Shown here one piece after another: positions 37,645 to 50,430 of a stretch of DNA of 64,000 bases. The stretch's first letter is position 1. Every line of letters begins with the position of its first letter. A program made the translations under genes and the position numbers. Source of the DNA: Camelus ferus (Eukaryota); the NCBI RefSeq assembly GCF_009834535.1, contig NC_045696.1:72728001-72792000 (forward strand), read 5' to 3'. The notes below the pieces were generated by a model. That model did no database searches and was not told the DNA's origin. It worked only from the letters and a program-made list of their open reading frames with translations.

Positions 37645-37900
37645 ATCTGTACTTTTTATTGAACATGTGTTATCTACCAAGCCCTGTCTGAAGTACTCCA
37701 GGTTCATTCTTGCAGTTAATCCTCAAAACAACCCAACAAGATAGTTCAGACTATTGTCACAGTCTTGACGATGAGGAAAGGGATCCTCTGGGTGGTTCTT
37801 TCATCCAAAGTAAACCTTACCCAGAGTAAGGTAGGTAAGTAAATGCTGAAGTCAGGATTTAAAACTCGTTTTGTCTGATCCCAGTGTCCACCTTAATTAG
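37645..37900 (-). mobile_element. MIR SINE
   Basis: ttttattgaacatgtg...ttaatcctcaaaacaaccc...gatgaggaaa...gtcaggatttaaaactcg. Confidence 0.7.
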
Positions 37901-37929
37901 ACATAACATTTTCTCTAAGCCCCTGCCAT

Positions 37930-38200
37930 CAGTGATCTTAGTCTTCTAGGAGAGAAAGATAATTTAAAATGCCATTTTGAGATTAGTAATAACTGCCAGA
38001 AGAAGAGCAGACATTGGATTAGTATTTGGACATATGGAAAATTGTAGGTCAGATGGGGCAGCATCTAAACCAAGTCCTGAAGGCTGTGCAGACATTAACG
38101 TCATAAAGTGTGGAAGACAGGACAGGAAGCAAGAAGGCAAGGAAGAGGAAACAGCTTGTGCAAAGATCCGGAGGCAGGTCTGGGGAACTGCCAGTACTGA
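37930..38200 (-). mobile_element. L2 fragment
   Basis: gcatctaaaccaagtcctgaagg...ggaaacagcttgtgcaaagatccggagg. Confidence 0.6.
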
Positions 38201-38504
38201 GGCCATGATCATCCATAACCATCCAGCCACCATGTGGCACAAGTTGCAGATTGCTTCCATACAAATGACCTCACCCTTGCTGGGATATAGGACAAGGATG
38301 CACGAGGACTCTGTTCATGCCTGCAAAATCTGATATGAGCTTGGTAGGCAACACTACGCCCTACACTGAATCACTGCACAGAGGTCTGGAGTCCTGGCCA
38401 CCTCAGGGCAGTGCAGCCCGGGAGGGGAGCATGCTGACACAGGGCCAATGCAGCCTCAGCTGTGGTCATTCTTCTATCTGTGACTGCCTGACAGGTGGTG
38501 ATTG

Positions 38505-38536
38505 GCTGTTCCTTCTTTGTCACCAGATGGTGCTGA
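38505..38536 (+). promoter_or_regulatory. Candidate CTCF site
   Basis: TCACCAGATGGTGCTG (38520-38535) is close to the CCACCAGRTGGCGC core; GGCTGTTCC lies at about the upstream-motif spacing. Confidence 0.45.
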
Positions 38537-38854
38537 AACTCTCAGACTTTGGTTCTACATCAAAGCATACATTTGAATGAAGGGGAATGGACTGAGTAAC
38601 CCAAAAGAGCCAATTCTACTCTGGCAAGCCAAAGGATGCAAAATACGGAGTGGGGAAGGCAAAGCCATTGGATTTGAGATAAAGTCGTGAAGGAAACGAA
38701 GACAAGTCTGTGTACTGTATCATAAATGTCTGTCTTGTGGCATCCTCCCTGGGGGTATTATTTCAGGACACGCATCATTTTCAAAGTAACGTGGATTGTG
38801 TCATTGATCAATATGGCTTCATGCATTCATTACTTCATCTTACAGGGAGAAATG

Positions 38855-39065
38855 AAAAGGCTTCAGAAACACAGAGACCTGGATTCAAGCCTTGGCCCTA
38901 GGACTTACTAGCTGTGTGGCCTTGGGCAAGTTGCTTATCCTTATCTTTAGAATGAAGATAATAATGCGGACTTTGAATGACAGACGTGGGGATTAAAGAT
39001 GTAATGTATGTAAAGCATCTAATCTGCCCCTCCATAGGCATTCAACAAATGGTAATTATTATTAT
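38855..39065 (+). mobile_element. MIR SINE
   Basis: gacctggattcaagccttggccc...acttactagctgtgtggccttgggcaagttgctta...taggcattcaacaaatgg. Confidence 0.85.
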
Positions 39066-39579
39066 GATTATATTGACATTTAAAGGAGAGCTTTTCAGTG
39101 ACTTAAATTTCAACTAGTGGTGGGAATTTGGGGTTGCTAGAGAAAGATTTTTTTTGAGTATTGATTATTTTCTGAATCAAATAATAATTTAAATTCACTA
39201 TGGATTTTTTCCATTTAAAGGCATCCTATACTTAAACAACTTTATTTCTGATATAAGAAACTTGCACCCATTATCTGATCAGTATCAGTACATTTAGGGG
39301 AATAAGAGAAAAGAACATTGATGTTGGGACTCCCAGGAAAAATCCAGTCCAGGATTCTTTCAGGAAAAGAGATTCGGGTAATTAATGATCATTCTTAACA
39401 CCTCGAAGCTTGATTGCTCCTGATCAACCAAGTACTCTAATACTCTAGCGTGAAAAACCGAGCTCACAAATTGGTAGGAAAGAGGGCATGCTTTTACTCT
39501 TCTTCTAAAATTGAGTAGACTAGATATTCATGTTCAATGGTTAAATATCAGTGCTGAAGCAGAGCATTTGTGGAAAGGC

Positions 39580-39770
39580 ACAATTGTGGGAAGACCTCTG
39601 GGCTAGGAATCAGAAGACTTGGGTTTTAATTCTGACTCTGTACCAACTAGTTATAAGAACTTGGGCACACACACAAAAAAGGAAAACAGAAAGTTATCAC
39701 TTTCTCACTGGGATGAAGCAGGAATAGTCACAAGGGGGTTTATCACTCAGAAATCAAATGTGATTGAACC
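39580..39770 (+). mobile_element. MIR SINE fragment
   Basis: gggctaggaatcagaagacttgggttttaattctgactctgtaccaactag. Confidence 0.7.
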
Positions 39771-41669
39771 CTATTCTCCCAGCATCTGCCTTCATTTATG
39801 GCTAGAATTAGGTAGCTCTGGAAGTTTAATTAAAGCTTTTAGGCTTCTCCATAAAACTCCGTAACTATTTGGCACTTCTTATATGTCTTAAAAGAAAAAA
39901 AAGCTATAGAGCTTTAGTTCTCAAATATTAAGTATAATATTAATTAAACTATTCCCTTTGATAAAAACATTTTAGGTTGTAGCAAATACTAATGGGGGGA
40001 TTCTATCTTAGCATTCTAAATTTAGAACCCTAGAATATTACCTGGAAGATTTAACAGCTGCCAACAAGGGTATACCTTTTAACCTGTCTTAAAGGAAACT
40101 TGCTCAATTATAGAATTCTGAAAACAAAAGCATACTTCATACAAAACTAAGTTTTCTAAGGATCAGGTTAGTATTTCATCAGTTAAATGAGTTTAAGGGC
40201 TTCATTTGAGGAAACATAAATCACTTACCTTATTTTAAATCATCCATATTTCCCCTAATGGTGTTTACTAAGTCTGAAAGGCATTTATTTAAAATAAGTA
40301 GAGTAACTTGTATATTGATTAAACTGTCTGTCTCTTTAGGTAGATCATGGAATTGCAATTTAGTATCTAGAGTTGAAGAGAGCATCAATTAAAGATACAG
40401 CTAAGCTGAGTCAGGTGCTCATCAGAGCAGACGGGATTAAAGATAGGTTTTAAAAAGTCAGCCCCCAAGTATGCAAAACCTAAATGCAATAATATAAAGA
40501 AAGCACAAAATCAAACCAATTGAGATTAAAAATGAAGCACTTACCTAGTATGATCACCTGAAAAGCTTGGCAAATTCCTGCAAATTGTAGGAATTCATAT
40601 TGCAAAGTACTCAGCAATACTTCTGTGTAGTTCTATAGAAAGCTCAGAAAATCCTGCAATATCTTGCAAAGTGCTCCACAGGTATCCAACACTTTTGAAC
40701 TGATAGCATTCTACCTTCCTCAGTGGGTCCAAATCACGTAACCACTGGTCTTCGAGTGATGAAAAGGTAAGCCCTGGAGAAATGGAGGCTTGGTTTTCAG
40801 TTTTGAGGATGGGCTAGAGATCAAAAATCTACTACTCAGAGGTACCCTGGATACCAAAAAAATACAAACAAAAAAATGCCCTTTTGATTATTTTTTTAAA
40901 GTATTTGCTTCTGAAAAGGACAGAATCCCCCAACCTTCCAACTCATATTTTAATAACCCAACAATGAAAGAGAAATATTTGACAGAGAGTGTATTGGATG
41001 TTGATGATCTCCAACTGCTTCCAAATCTGCATAAATAAAACTCCAACAAATCCCTGCACAATGAACCAATTGAATGGGGCTCTATTTATCTGCCGCTGAA
41101 GGATAAAGGGCCAAGCCAGTCCTATTGACAGTTAAGTCTGTAGTTTCCAACTTATCACTGAGGTCACTAACCCACCACTACAGGACGGGCTGACATAAAC
41201 AACTGATGTGCTCGACAAAAATTAGGGCTCAAATCAATTCACTGCTGAAACCCAATTTAAGGAGCGCTCAATTTGCAGTTTTGGTTGATCAAATTCAGAG
41301 CTGGGGTTCGATTCAGATTTCAGTAATGAAGATCAGGGCTGGGAACTGATATATTGAAAGGTGTATTTTTCCATTTCTTCTCCACATCAAATATTCATGG
41401 ATGCCATGTTCTACAGTGTACTCTGACAGTGTAACGGCTGCCAAAAACCTGGTACCCGAGGCCACTTTTACATCAATAAATTATCGAAGGTTACATCTGT
41501 AGCAAGATAGCTTTATTTGGCCACGCAAATAATACCAAGGTACGTAACATAGTTATCCCAGCTTTTGTTCCCTTGAGGATGGACTATTGTTACACTCCAT
41601 GCTGCAAAGCATGCTGGGAAGCTCCAACCAAGAGGTAAGGAGGGAAAAACATTTGCCTTTGTGCTCTAA

Positions 41670-41875
41670 TAGAGGCAGTAGGATGTTAAGGAAAGGTCAT
41701 AATTTGGAGTCAAATATCAGAAGCTGTGTGAAAGTGACCAGATTATTTCACTTCTCTGAAACAGTTTATCCATCATTAAAATAGCGATGTTCCTCTTTCT
41801 CCCCGCAGGATCATTGAGATCAATAAATAGAAAATGTCCCTAAATGGTCTGCCATATGATGGACAGTCAGATAAT
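41670..41875 (+). mobile_element. MIR SINE
   Basis: tttggagtcaaat...atttcacttctctgaaacagtttatccatcattaaaatag. Confidence 0.6.
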
Positions 41876-42599
41876 GTCGTTCAGGGTGCTACCTTCTAAC
41901 AAGGTATCACATTGTACTGAAACACCAAAGCATTGCATGTATCACAAGTCCTAGGGAGCTGCTCTATCCCTTCAGGAAAATTGGCTGAGTGCAGAAATTC
42001 AATTTTCTGGAGTTGGTTTCATAAATGGAAGATTTCTTCCTTTGCCATTCTCACTCTCTGTCTCCTGTCATCTCTTAGAACTCTGGAGATCTTCTTCCTG
42101 CCCAGAGGAATGCACTGAATATAGAGGGCACATCCCCAATAAAACCACCAACTCTCCAGTCCAATACTGATGTTAAAGACTGTGTATTTGGAAAGCACTT
42201 TAAAAAACTTTATCATTAAGCTCTTTTTTTTTTTTCAGTTAGAAAAATATGTATATAAGAACAAGTGGATGACCTCACACCAAAGGCCACAGAAGGATAT
42301 GGTAGGCAGCACAGGATTCATGCCTGGCTTCACGGCTCAGGTCTGTTGAACAGTCACCCTGCCAGCTCAGGCTCAGGGTCAGTGTCAGCAGTACACCAGC
42401 CCACAGAGGGGCCTTTCAAAACAAGGTTCCAATTGTACCAAACTAAGGCAGAACCTCTTGGATGACACCTCACCACCACCCCTACCACCAAAACCCATGC
42501 CTGTGAGACGCCTTGCCAGGTGAGTACCCTTGCAAACTGGATTCACTCCTTTGGGTCTTTTAGCTGCTTTAAAAAAATCAGTTTGAAAAAAAAAAAAAA

Positions 42600-42830
42600 A
42601 AATAGCTAAATGTATTGGTTCTGCTGTTTGCCAGATATGATTCTTGTCTCTTTACAGGCATTACGTCTAATCCTTACAAATCAGGCACTTTTTAAAAACC
42701 AGTTTATTGATGTTGAAGTTGGGGCTCAATGAGGATAAGTGGCTTGCCTATGGCTACAAGTCGAAAGAATATGAACCTAGTCCAGTGTGGCTTCAAAGCT
42801 GGCTCTGTCCAGGGCACCACACTGCCTCCT
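42600..42830 (-). mobile_element. MIR SINE
   Basis: tctaatccttacaa...ggggctcaatgaggataagtggcttgcctatggctaca...tgaacctagtccagtgtggcttcaaagc. Confidence 0.7.
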
Positions 42831-44261
42831 TGAATCAATTACTTCTACGTTAATACTGAAGCATAATAAGTCAAGGGAGTCTCAGCCTTACTTCCTTACC
42901 CATTAATCCCCATTGTTGAGCCCATTGCCCTGATCCCATCCAGTAGAGGAAGGAGGGGAAGCAACAAAGGAGCTTGACCTGGTTGTCAAAAAAAGCATCC
43001 TCTCAGGATTCGAGAGATGAAGCCCACCAAGTCGACCCACCAGGCTCCTGCGGCCCCGCACAGCCCTAGCGTCAGGAAGCACAGATGTTGTTTTCCCAGT
43101 GACATTTCAGGGAGGGCCTCCCTGCAGAAATATAGTTCCCTGCGTAATGTCCAGCGATTCCTGACCACTACAGGAGGCCCTCTGTCTGAGGCTGGATCAC
43201 AGAGCACCGCTGGCTCGTCTCCCTTTCTGGCAGAGGTGGAGCTGTCCAGGGGCAGTCTACAGAGACTCAGGAACTACTTAGGCCTGAGGAATCAAAGCCA
43301 AGGGGTGAAAGCCATCAATTTCCAGGCACTGAGTGTTTTGCTTGTCTAGAAGATAGCATCTTGGCAACTTCATGGCCTTGTGCCCATCCTCCCAGAGGGT
43401 GCGCCATGCGTTCTGTCCTTCAGAAGAAGCCAACTTCTGATTCACTCAATCTTCTGAGTCCAGCCCCGTGGCTTTCATCCTACCTCCCACTCAGTCACCA
43501 CCTAGGTCAAGTACGTGCACCTCGGGAGCCTGGAAAACACATCCCAGGGCAGCGTGGCCTCAAGCAAACAAAGGCAGCCTCCATGGTAGCACGTCTCCCC
43601 TTTCACTGCCAACTTGTCCAGGGTTTGACTTAAGAGGAAATGGCCGTTCATTGGCCAGGTTCGTTAGTGAAAAATGTTTCAACGGTTCCATTTAACAACC
43701 TGGAATGTCCTTTAGAGAAGGCCAAATTAATGTGATTTTTACCTTAAGAAGCTTAGAAACATAGTTGCCACTAACTCAATAATTACATTGTACTGCCAGC
43801 AACAATTCAATATTTTTTTTTCTCGCCTGAGGGTTACAACACATTTGCACCATGGGGAAGCTTTTTCTCTTTACATCTCAAAACTGTACCACAAACTCTT
43901 CCTTTATCCATAACAGCGAGCTCTCCAGCTGAGATAGGCACTTTTGTATTGCTCTAGATGACAGTTTTCTGTGTTCTTTCCAAGCACAGGGGGTTTAATA
44001 AACATATCTGGCAGGCCTTCCATAGCTGGAGGGCCCAGGATGACACTGTGTGCAAACAATATGCTCACACTGGAGGGAAACAAGTTTATTCAATTATTCA
44101 ATTAATAGATTACAGTCAAGATACTTGTTATCCTACAATGAAAAATGGGGCAAGAACTCCAAGAATTAGGGTTGGTCCCAGGATTAGTAACAGCAGGCAA
44201 TATGGCATATACAGACTATGAGGGTCTGGCCAAAAGCATGAAAATGTACCCACCAACCCCC

Positions 44262-44343
44262 CACCACACACACACACACTCTCACACACACATACACACA
44301 GCCATTCAAACACATGCACACACATGCACAGATACACACACAC
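44262..44343. repeat. Degenerate (CA)n repeat
   Basis: Direct reading. Confidence 0.9.
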
Positions 44344-46999
44344 TTGTGCCTGTGCCCTTAGAAAGGGGGACTCAGACTCCCAGAATCAAATATTATAAGG
44401 GCCTTAAAAACTCATTAAATGCTTTAGTATATTTTAGCTCTAAGTTTTTAGCTTGGGGGTGAGGAGGAGGTTGATGTCAGAAGGAGCTGGTATATGAGCA
44501 GCTTTAGGTTCTGTTCTCATAGAGTTCTAAAAGTACTCTAGAGAGAGATGTTGGTAGAATTTTCCCTGTGAGAGCTGAAAGTATTTTTGTAGGGTTCATG
44601 ATTAACTGCCCTTCTGCTCCAGGGTTAGTCCTTTTCTCAGTGCAGAACATCTTACAATGCTCTCTGTGCCAGAACTTCTCGTTCTGAAGCAATCATAGGT
44701 TTCAGAGTGGAGTTTATCTAGTTTGTCTAGATAAGTTAAGATCTCCTTAACAAGAAATGGACTACTACACTTAAACATGTGATTTGGGGCAGGGAGGCCA
44801 CTTTTTTTTTTACCGTGGGGTACTGGTATGTTATGTTGATACAAAAGTCACTCAGAAGAGAGTGACAGGGAGAAAGCTAGAAAGCTACCTTGGGGGAAAA
44901 TGTGCTTGATAAGGGCATTCTGATTTTATGCTGTAGGGAAAGAGGGTAGGGATTGAAGGTTTTTGTACTAAAGAGTCATTTTTCCTTGCCTTACTCCCTC
45001 TGTACTATTTTAAAGTCCTGGCTTTTATTTAGAATATATGGAATTAAAGACTGGGGACGCAGTAGTACTCTGTATGAAATGGAAATGTGGCTAATATTCC
45101 AAGAAGCACAGAAGTAGCTATTCGCAATGCAGATCAGTAGAGGAGCAATTCTTTACATGTTCCAGTATGCTGTTATTACTTTGAAAGTCTTCTTATCTGT
45201 GAGGATATGAATTCCACAGTTACACTATAAATTTGGGGTCAGGGTAACTTTAAGAGTTTTTTTTTTTTTTTTTTTTTTTTTTAACTATACTGTGGTTCTG
45301 AGAGACTAGCTCCATTTTACTGAGTGGGAAATGAAGCCAATGAAATGTTTTCCAAAAGTGACTAAGGAATAAGACAGGAAATACATTTCCAAATAGTAAA
45401 TCTCTTGATTCTTTCAGGAGAGATTGGGAAAGGGCCCTGGGCATCTTCAGTTCTTTCCTCTGTGAGCTTTAGCCAGGTGGAGGGTAGACAAACAATTCTT
45501 CCAGCAAGCAAGTGGGCATAGGAAGTTAAGCAGATGGCTTATTTTAGCTGCTAAGGAAACTAGCCAAGGCAAGAGCCTGAAGATGAAAATTAAATCACTC
45601 CATTCTTAAGGGCAGAATTGTTCCTAAGTTCATGGTTGTCTCCCAGCAAATGGATCAAGACAGCCTTTTATGTGTCTGTCAGTTGTGACCCTGCCCTGGC
45701 TCTCCCAGCTGGAGTCACTAATGCTCTCCACAGCAGGCTCAGCCAGTCCCCTTCCCACCCCCTGTCCAGTCCCTGGGCCAAACCAGAGCAGGGCAAGCCT
45801 TGGCCTGTCCAGATGGCTGGCTCTCATTAGAGGGTGAGGGCACCATGGCCAAGGCTGGAAGTAAAAGCTGCAGACACCTTTTCCAAGAGTGGCAGACACT
45901 GCTTTAAACTAAGTGCATGTATGTGGGGTCAAGGGTCATGTTTAGATGCACATATGAGTGAGAAGGCTAAGCTTGTAAAGGCAGTTTAAATGAGTGATGC
46001 AAAGATGGAGGAGAAACAGATGCAGAGTTCAAGCAATCACGCATACAGAGACAGAGATAGACTGAAAAAGGGTAAGTGAGAGAGAAGTCCGGTGCATTCT
46101 TGAGTCAAAGGCTGTTGCCTATTACCTTGGCTGGTACTTTAAGCCAAGGTTACCAGGTGGTCAGCTGCTTTCAAAGGGACACAGGCAGAAGAAAGAGAAC
46201 AAAGCCCAGGTGACCAGCTGTTAGGACCTGAAATTGGTCTTGTTACCATGGATCTACTATCTGGTTTGCTTACCAAGAGGCTAGGCACACATCTGGCCTT
46301 GGAGTTCCAGCCTTTTTTGGTTTTTATCACCTTGGCCATGCTTTCTGCTTCTCTGATTTTGGAAATAGGACTCTTTTCTAGATCCCAGAGCCCTTGGCTG
46401 GAGCCCAGATGATGCCCTTCCTAAATCTTCCAGGGCTTGGCCCCAAGGACCCTGTTGCTTAGGTCATCTCTTCATGGCATATGTTTCAAGTGGGCTGATG
46501 ACCTGAAAGTGTGCCATCACCCAAATAACTTTGGTTGACTGTGGTCTTTAAGACCCTAATTTCTGATTTCCACCCACCAGATTAGACCTGCTAGGGTATC
46601 GGCCCTTGATCCAGTAGTGAGTCTGTGCACACTATGCATGGACAAACCGAGGTCCTGAGGGAGTTAGTCATAGCCCATTAGCTTCTCCGGCTCCCCTCCA
46701 CTGCTGCCAGCGTCTTTTTTTTCTTTTCTGAAGAGGGTAGTTGACGTCTCAGCCTGTCTTGGGCTTGAAACTGCCCCAGTTAAGACAGTGTTTCCTGTAT
46801 GCCTCCAGCTATTCCAGTATGAAAAACATGAATAACGTAGTTCATCCACAGAGAGTCGTAGAGTCATCCCACAAAGGAAAGAGCTCATAAATGATAGAAC
46901 ATATAGGAAAAGTGCTTTATAAATTGAAAAAGTCTATATAATTGTTAATAATATTAACAATGGAGGAAAAAAGACTAACGTACATAAAAGAAGCACACC

Positions 47000-47180
47000 A
47001 TATACATGATCTCATTTAACTTCTCAAAGAGCACTAGAAAATACTATTTTCCTGTTTACAGACAGAGCCAATATGGCTTAGGATGGTTGAGTAACTTACC
47101 CAAGCCACTCAGCTCCTGAATGGCAGGTCTGGGATTTCAAAACGTATCTGTCTATTTCTAATACCCATAATTTTTTTCCA
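47000..47180 (-). mobile_element. MIR SINE
   Basis: atgatctcatttaacttctc...tttacagacag...gagtaacttacccaagccactcagct. Confidence 0.8.
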
Positions 47181-47209
47181 TGCAGGATGGCCTCTAGGTA
47201 GCCACCAGC

Positions 47210-47560
47210 ATTGCACAGAGCTAAAAACAGTCAAAGGGTGTATAATAAGATATTAATTATGTGGTAATGACAAATTACCAAAGCAAAGATCTGAGACGAT
47301 TGAGTGTCTTCGTGGGTTTCTTAGAGGGGACAGGCCTTAAAGTGCGCTTTTAAAACCGGCAGAATTTAGCTGAGAGGGAGGGTATTTCTAGGAAGGAGGT
47401 CAGCAGGGGTGAGCCCAATGGGTGGAATCGGTGCTGAGAAGGCCTGTGACATCCGTCTGGGTGAATTGTGTGGGACAGGCAAGTGGAGGAACATCAAAAG
47501 CCAGGCCAAAGATTTAGACGTCATAGGGTAGGTAATAGGGAGCCAGAGTGGCACGGAGCC
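47210..47560 (-). mobile_element. L2 fragment
   Basis: tatttctaggaaggagg..., aaagccaggccaaagatttagac...gtaggtaatagggagcca. Confidence 0.6.
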
Positions 47561-48213
47561 TCTAACTCAAAGCAACCTCAGTCATTATAATGTTTCTTTT
47601 TACTCACAGCCAAGAGGGAAGGCAGCAGCCAGCTGGTGCCCCATCTCAAAACTTTCTCCCACCACATTCATAATGGTGAATCACTCATGAAATTAAGGTA
47701 TGAGCTATGCGCATGATGATGAGGGTGCGAACAGGATAACATTACAAATCCAATATTCCACACACCAGGTTGCTGAAATTGGTTGTCATCTTCCAAACCA
47801 GACTTGGAGTAGACTCTGGCACACTCATTTTTACCCACAACTACAATTTCTCCTGTTTCCACATTCTTGCTCTCTCAAACAAAAACGTGACTATAAAAAT
47901 GAATGCAGTGTGGTGGAGACCTGAGAGAAGACGGAGGAAGAAGGGATTAATCCCACAAGATGAACGGTTGGGTTGGCCTGCCTGCCCTGGTGGCAGCAGT
48001 TCACTTGTGATATATGTGAATCTAGCCAAATAGAATCATATTTCCTGCTCAGAAAGAATGTTTGAGAGTTCTTGTTGTTTACCAAAAGAACAATCCTGTG
48101 ATGGATAAAAATATGATAGCTTTACTTCTAGCATTTAGCAGCAGAAACAAGGAGAAAGTTGAACTCATTTATAACGCTCTCACTAGGTATAACATTTGAT
48201 CTTGAACCAGCCC

Positions 48214-48572
48214 TATATTAATGTGCTGGGGCCGCCATAACAAAACACCACGGACCGGGCAGCTTCAACAAAGAAATTTAGATCTCACAGTTCTGGAGGG
48301 AGGTTTGGTTCCTCCTGAAGCCTCTCTTCTGGCCTTGTAGATGGCTGCCTTCTCACCGTGTCTCCTCCTGGCCTTTTCTCTGTGTCTACACACACCTGGT
48401 AGATCTTTCTCATCTTGTAAGAACTCTGGTCCTATTGCATTAGGGGGCCCCACCCTTATAACCTCATCTAATCTTAATAACCCTCTTGAAGGCCTTATCT
48501 CCAAATATAGTCACATTGCGAGTTAGAGAGTCAACAGACAAACTTTAAGGGAGACAATTCCATCCAAAATAA
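48214..48572 (-). mobile_element. MLT1A-like MaLR solo LTR
   Basis: gggccgccataacaaaacaccac...ctcacagttctggagg...ggccttgtagatggctgccttctc...gggccccacccttataacctcatctaatcttaataacc...ccaaatatagtcacattg. Confidence 0.88.
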
Positions 48573-48739
48573 ACCTAATACAATTTAAATAGAAATTTGG
48601 AATTATGGAAATATGACATCTATGTATATAATTATTCATTAATTTCTCACGAATTACTTTTGAATTTGTGGTAGCCACATCAAGGGGGGTTTCTCCAAGT
48701 CACCTGACAGTAAAAGAAACGTGGGATGAGGTGGGGAAG

Positions 48740-48920
48740 TGTGCCAGGAGGCACAGAGCCCTGCGGATGCAGGATCATGGTCCTAGTGCTGCCATCAACT
48801 TTCCAGGTGACCTTGAGAAAATCACTGACTTACCTGTGTGTCAATATCCTTATCTCTTAAAGGAGAGGCTTTAAAAAATAATAATCTCTAGGGCCATTTC
48901 TAACTATAATACCTATGATT
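48740..48920 (+). mobile_element. MIR fragment
   Basis: ggtcctagtgctgccatcaac...gtgaccttgagaaaatcactgact. Confidence 0.6.
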
Positions 48921-49673
48921 TTGTGACTTTGTTTTACAATTCAGTCAATCAAAAGCTATTCACTCAGATGAAGAAGGCTACAAGTCCTGGCTACCTGCTG
49001 AAATTGCTTACACCTGAACATAAATATTTGCATTTTGCCCAATGGCAGAGTCTCAACAGGAAGATGGAGGTGAAGTCTGAAAGGTATCAGGTTCATCTGG
49101 TCACCACAGTCACCTTGGGTCACTGAAGCTGAGAGCTGGTATCTAGGTAGTCAGGGTTAAAATCAGGGTGATGCGTGCCAAATCTCCACTTTATTTGATT
49201 ATGTGTGTGCATAGCCCACACAACACACCCTTTGGCAAAAGCCAAGTTTGCAGTCACTTAGGGCCTCTATTTTTTTTTTTTTTTATCGTGAATTTTCCTG
49301 GTTTCTCCTTTTGGGGAAGCATATGTATACCCACTACCTAATCAGGCTGCTCATTTTAAAAGATGTTCATTCTGCATGTGGTATCCACAGGTGTTGCAAG
49401 TAACTGATGATCAATGTATGTTAAGAAAAATGTGCCAGTTATAATAAAATGGAAGAAAATGACAGAGACACTCTGGGCATAGAAGGATAGATGGTGTGTC
49501 CATCGACAATTGAGGCAAAAACATCATTTCTGGTATTCTTGTAAGATAAGGAAAGAGGAAAAAGTGCAAAATGAGAGAAAAAGATATTTTCCAGATAAAA
49601 TTAAAACCTATCCTGTTTAGTTTAAAATAGATTGAGCTTAACATTTTCATTAGTGGATTGAGAAAACAGGGTA

Positions 49674-50202
49674 ATATGGAAGACAGGCTATTGCGACTCT
49701 CGTGATCCTAGTAGTCATACCCTTGTGTGGTTTCCTCCCCTTGAGTGCAGGCAGGACCTGTGACTTGCTTTTGACTAATAGAATATGGCAAGGTGATAGG
49801 ACGTGTGTGATTGCATGTATGTGACTCTCTCCCTTGCTGGTTTTGAGGAAGTCAGCTGTCATGGCAGGAGCCTCTAGATGGAGAGAGCCACCTGATAAGG
49901 AGCTAAGGGTGGCCCTGGGCCAAGAGCCAGAAAGAAACTAAGGAAGGCCCTCAGTCCAGCAACCTGCAGGGAACTGAATGCTGCAAATAATGATGTGAAC
50001 TTGGAGGCGAGTACTTCCTCAAATGAACGTCAGGTGAGACTGCAGCCCCAGCAGACACCTTGATTGCAGCCTGTGATCCCCTGAAGCAAAGGACCTAGTT
50101 AAGCCATGCCTGAGTCCTGATTCACAGAAATCATGAAATAATAAATGTGTTGTTTTTAGCACTAAGTTTGTGGTAATGTTGTTATACAGTGATAAATAAT
50201 AT
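49674..50202 (+). mobile_element. MLT1E/F-like MaLR solo LTR
   Basis: ctccccttgagtgcaggcaggacctgtgacttgctt...aatagaatatggcaaggtga...gagactgcagccccagcagacaccttgattgcagcc...aataaatgtgttgtttttagcactaagtttgtggtaatgttgtta. Confidence 0.88.
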
Positions 50203-50211
50203 AGGTCATAA

Positions 50212-50430
50212 ATAATAGCTTACACTAATCGAGTGTTTCCCCTGTGCCAGGTGTTGTTTTAAATGCTTTACATAAATTAACGCAGTTATTATTATTTCCA
50301 TTTTACAGATGAGAAAGCTGAGGCACAAAGCAGTTCAGTTATTTGCCCAAGGTTATACACCTAGTAAAGGAAAGAGCTGGGATCCAAACCCAAAGTCTAC
50401 ACTCTCGACTCATTATACTACAAACAGTGC
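50212..50430 (-). mobile_element. MIR SINE
   Basis: ccattttacagatgagaaagctgaggcacaaagcagttcagttatttgcccaaggttatacac. Confidence 0.88.
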
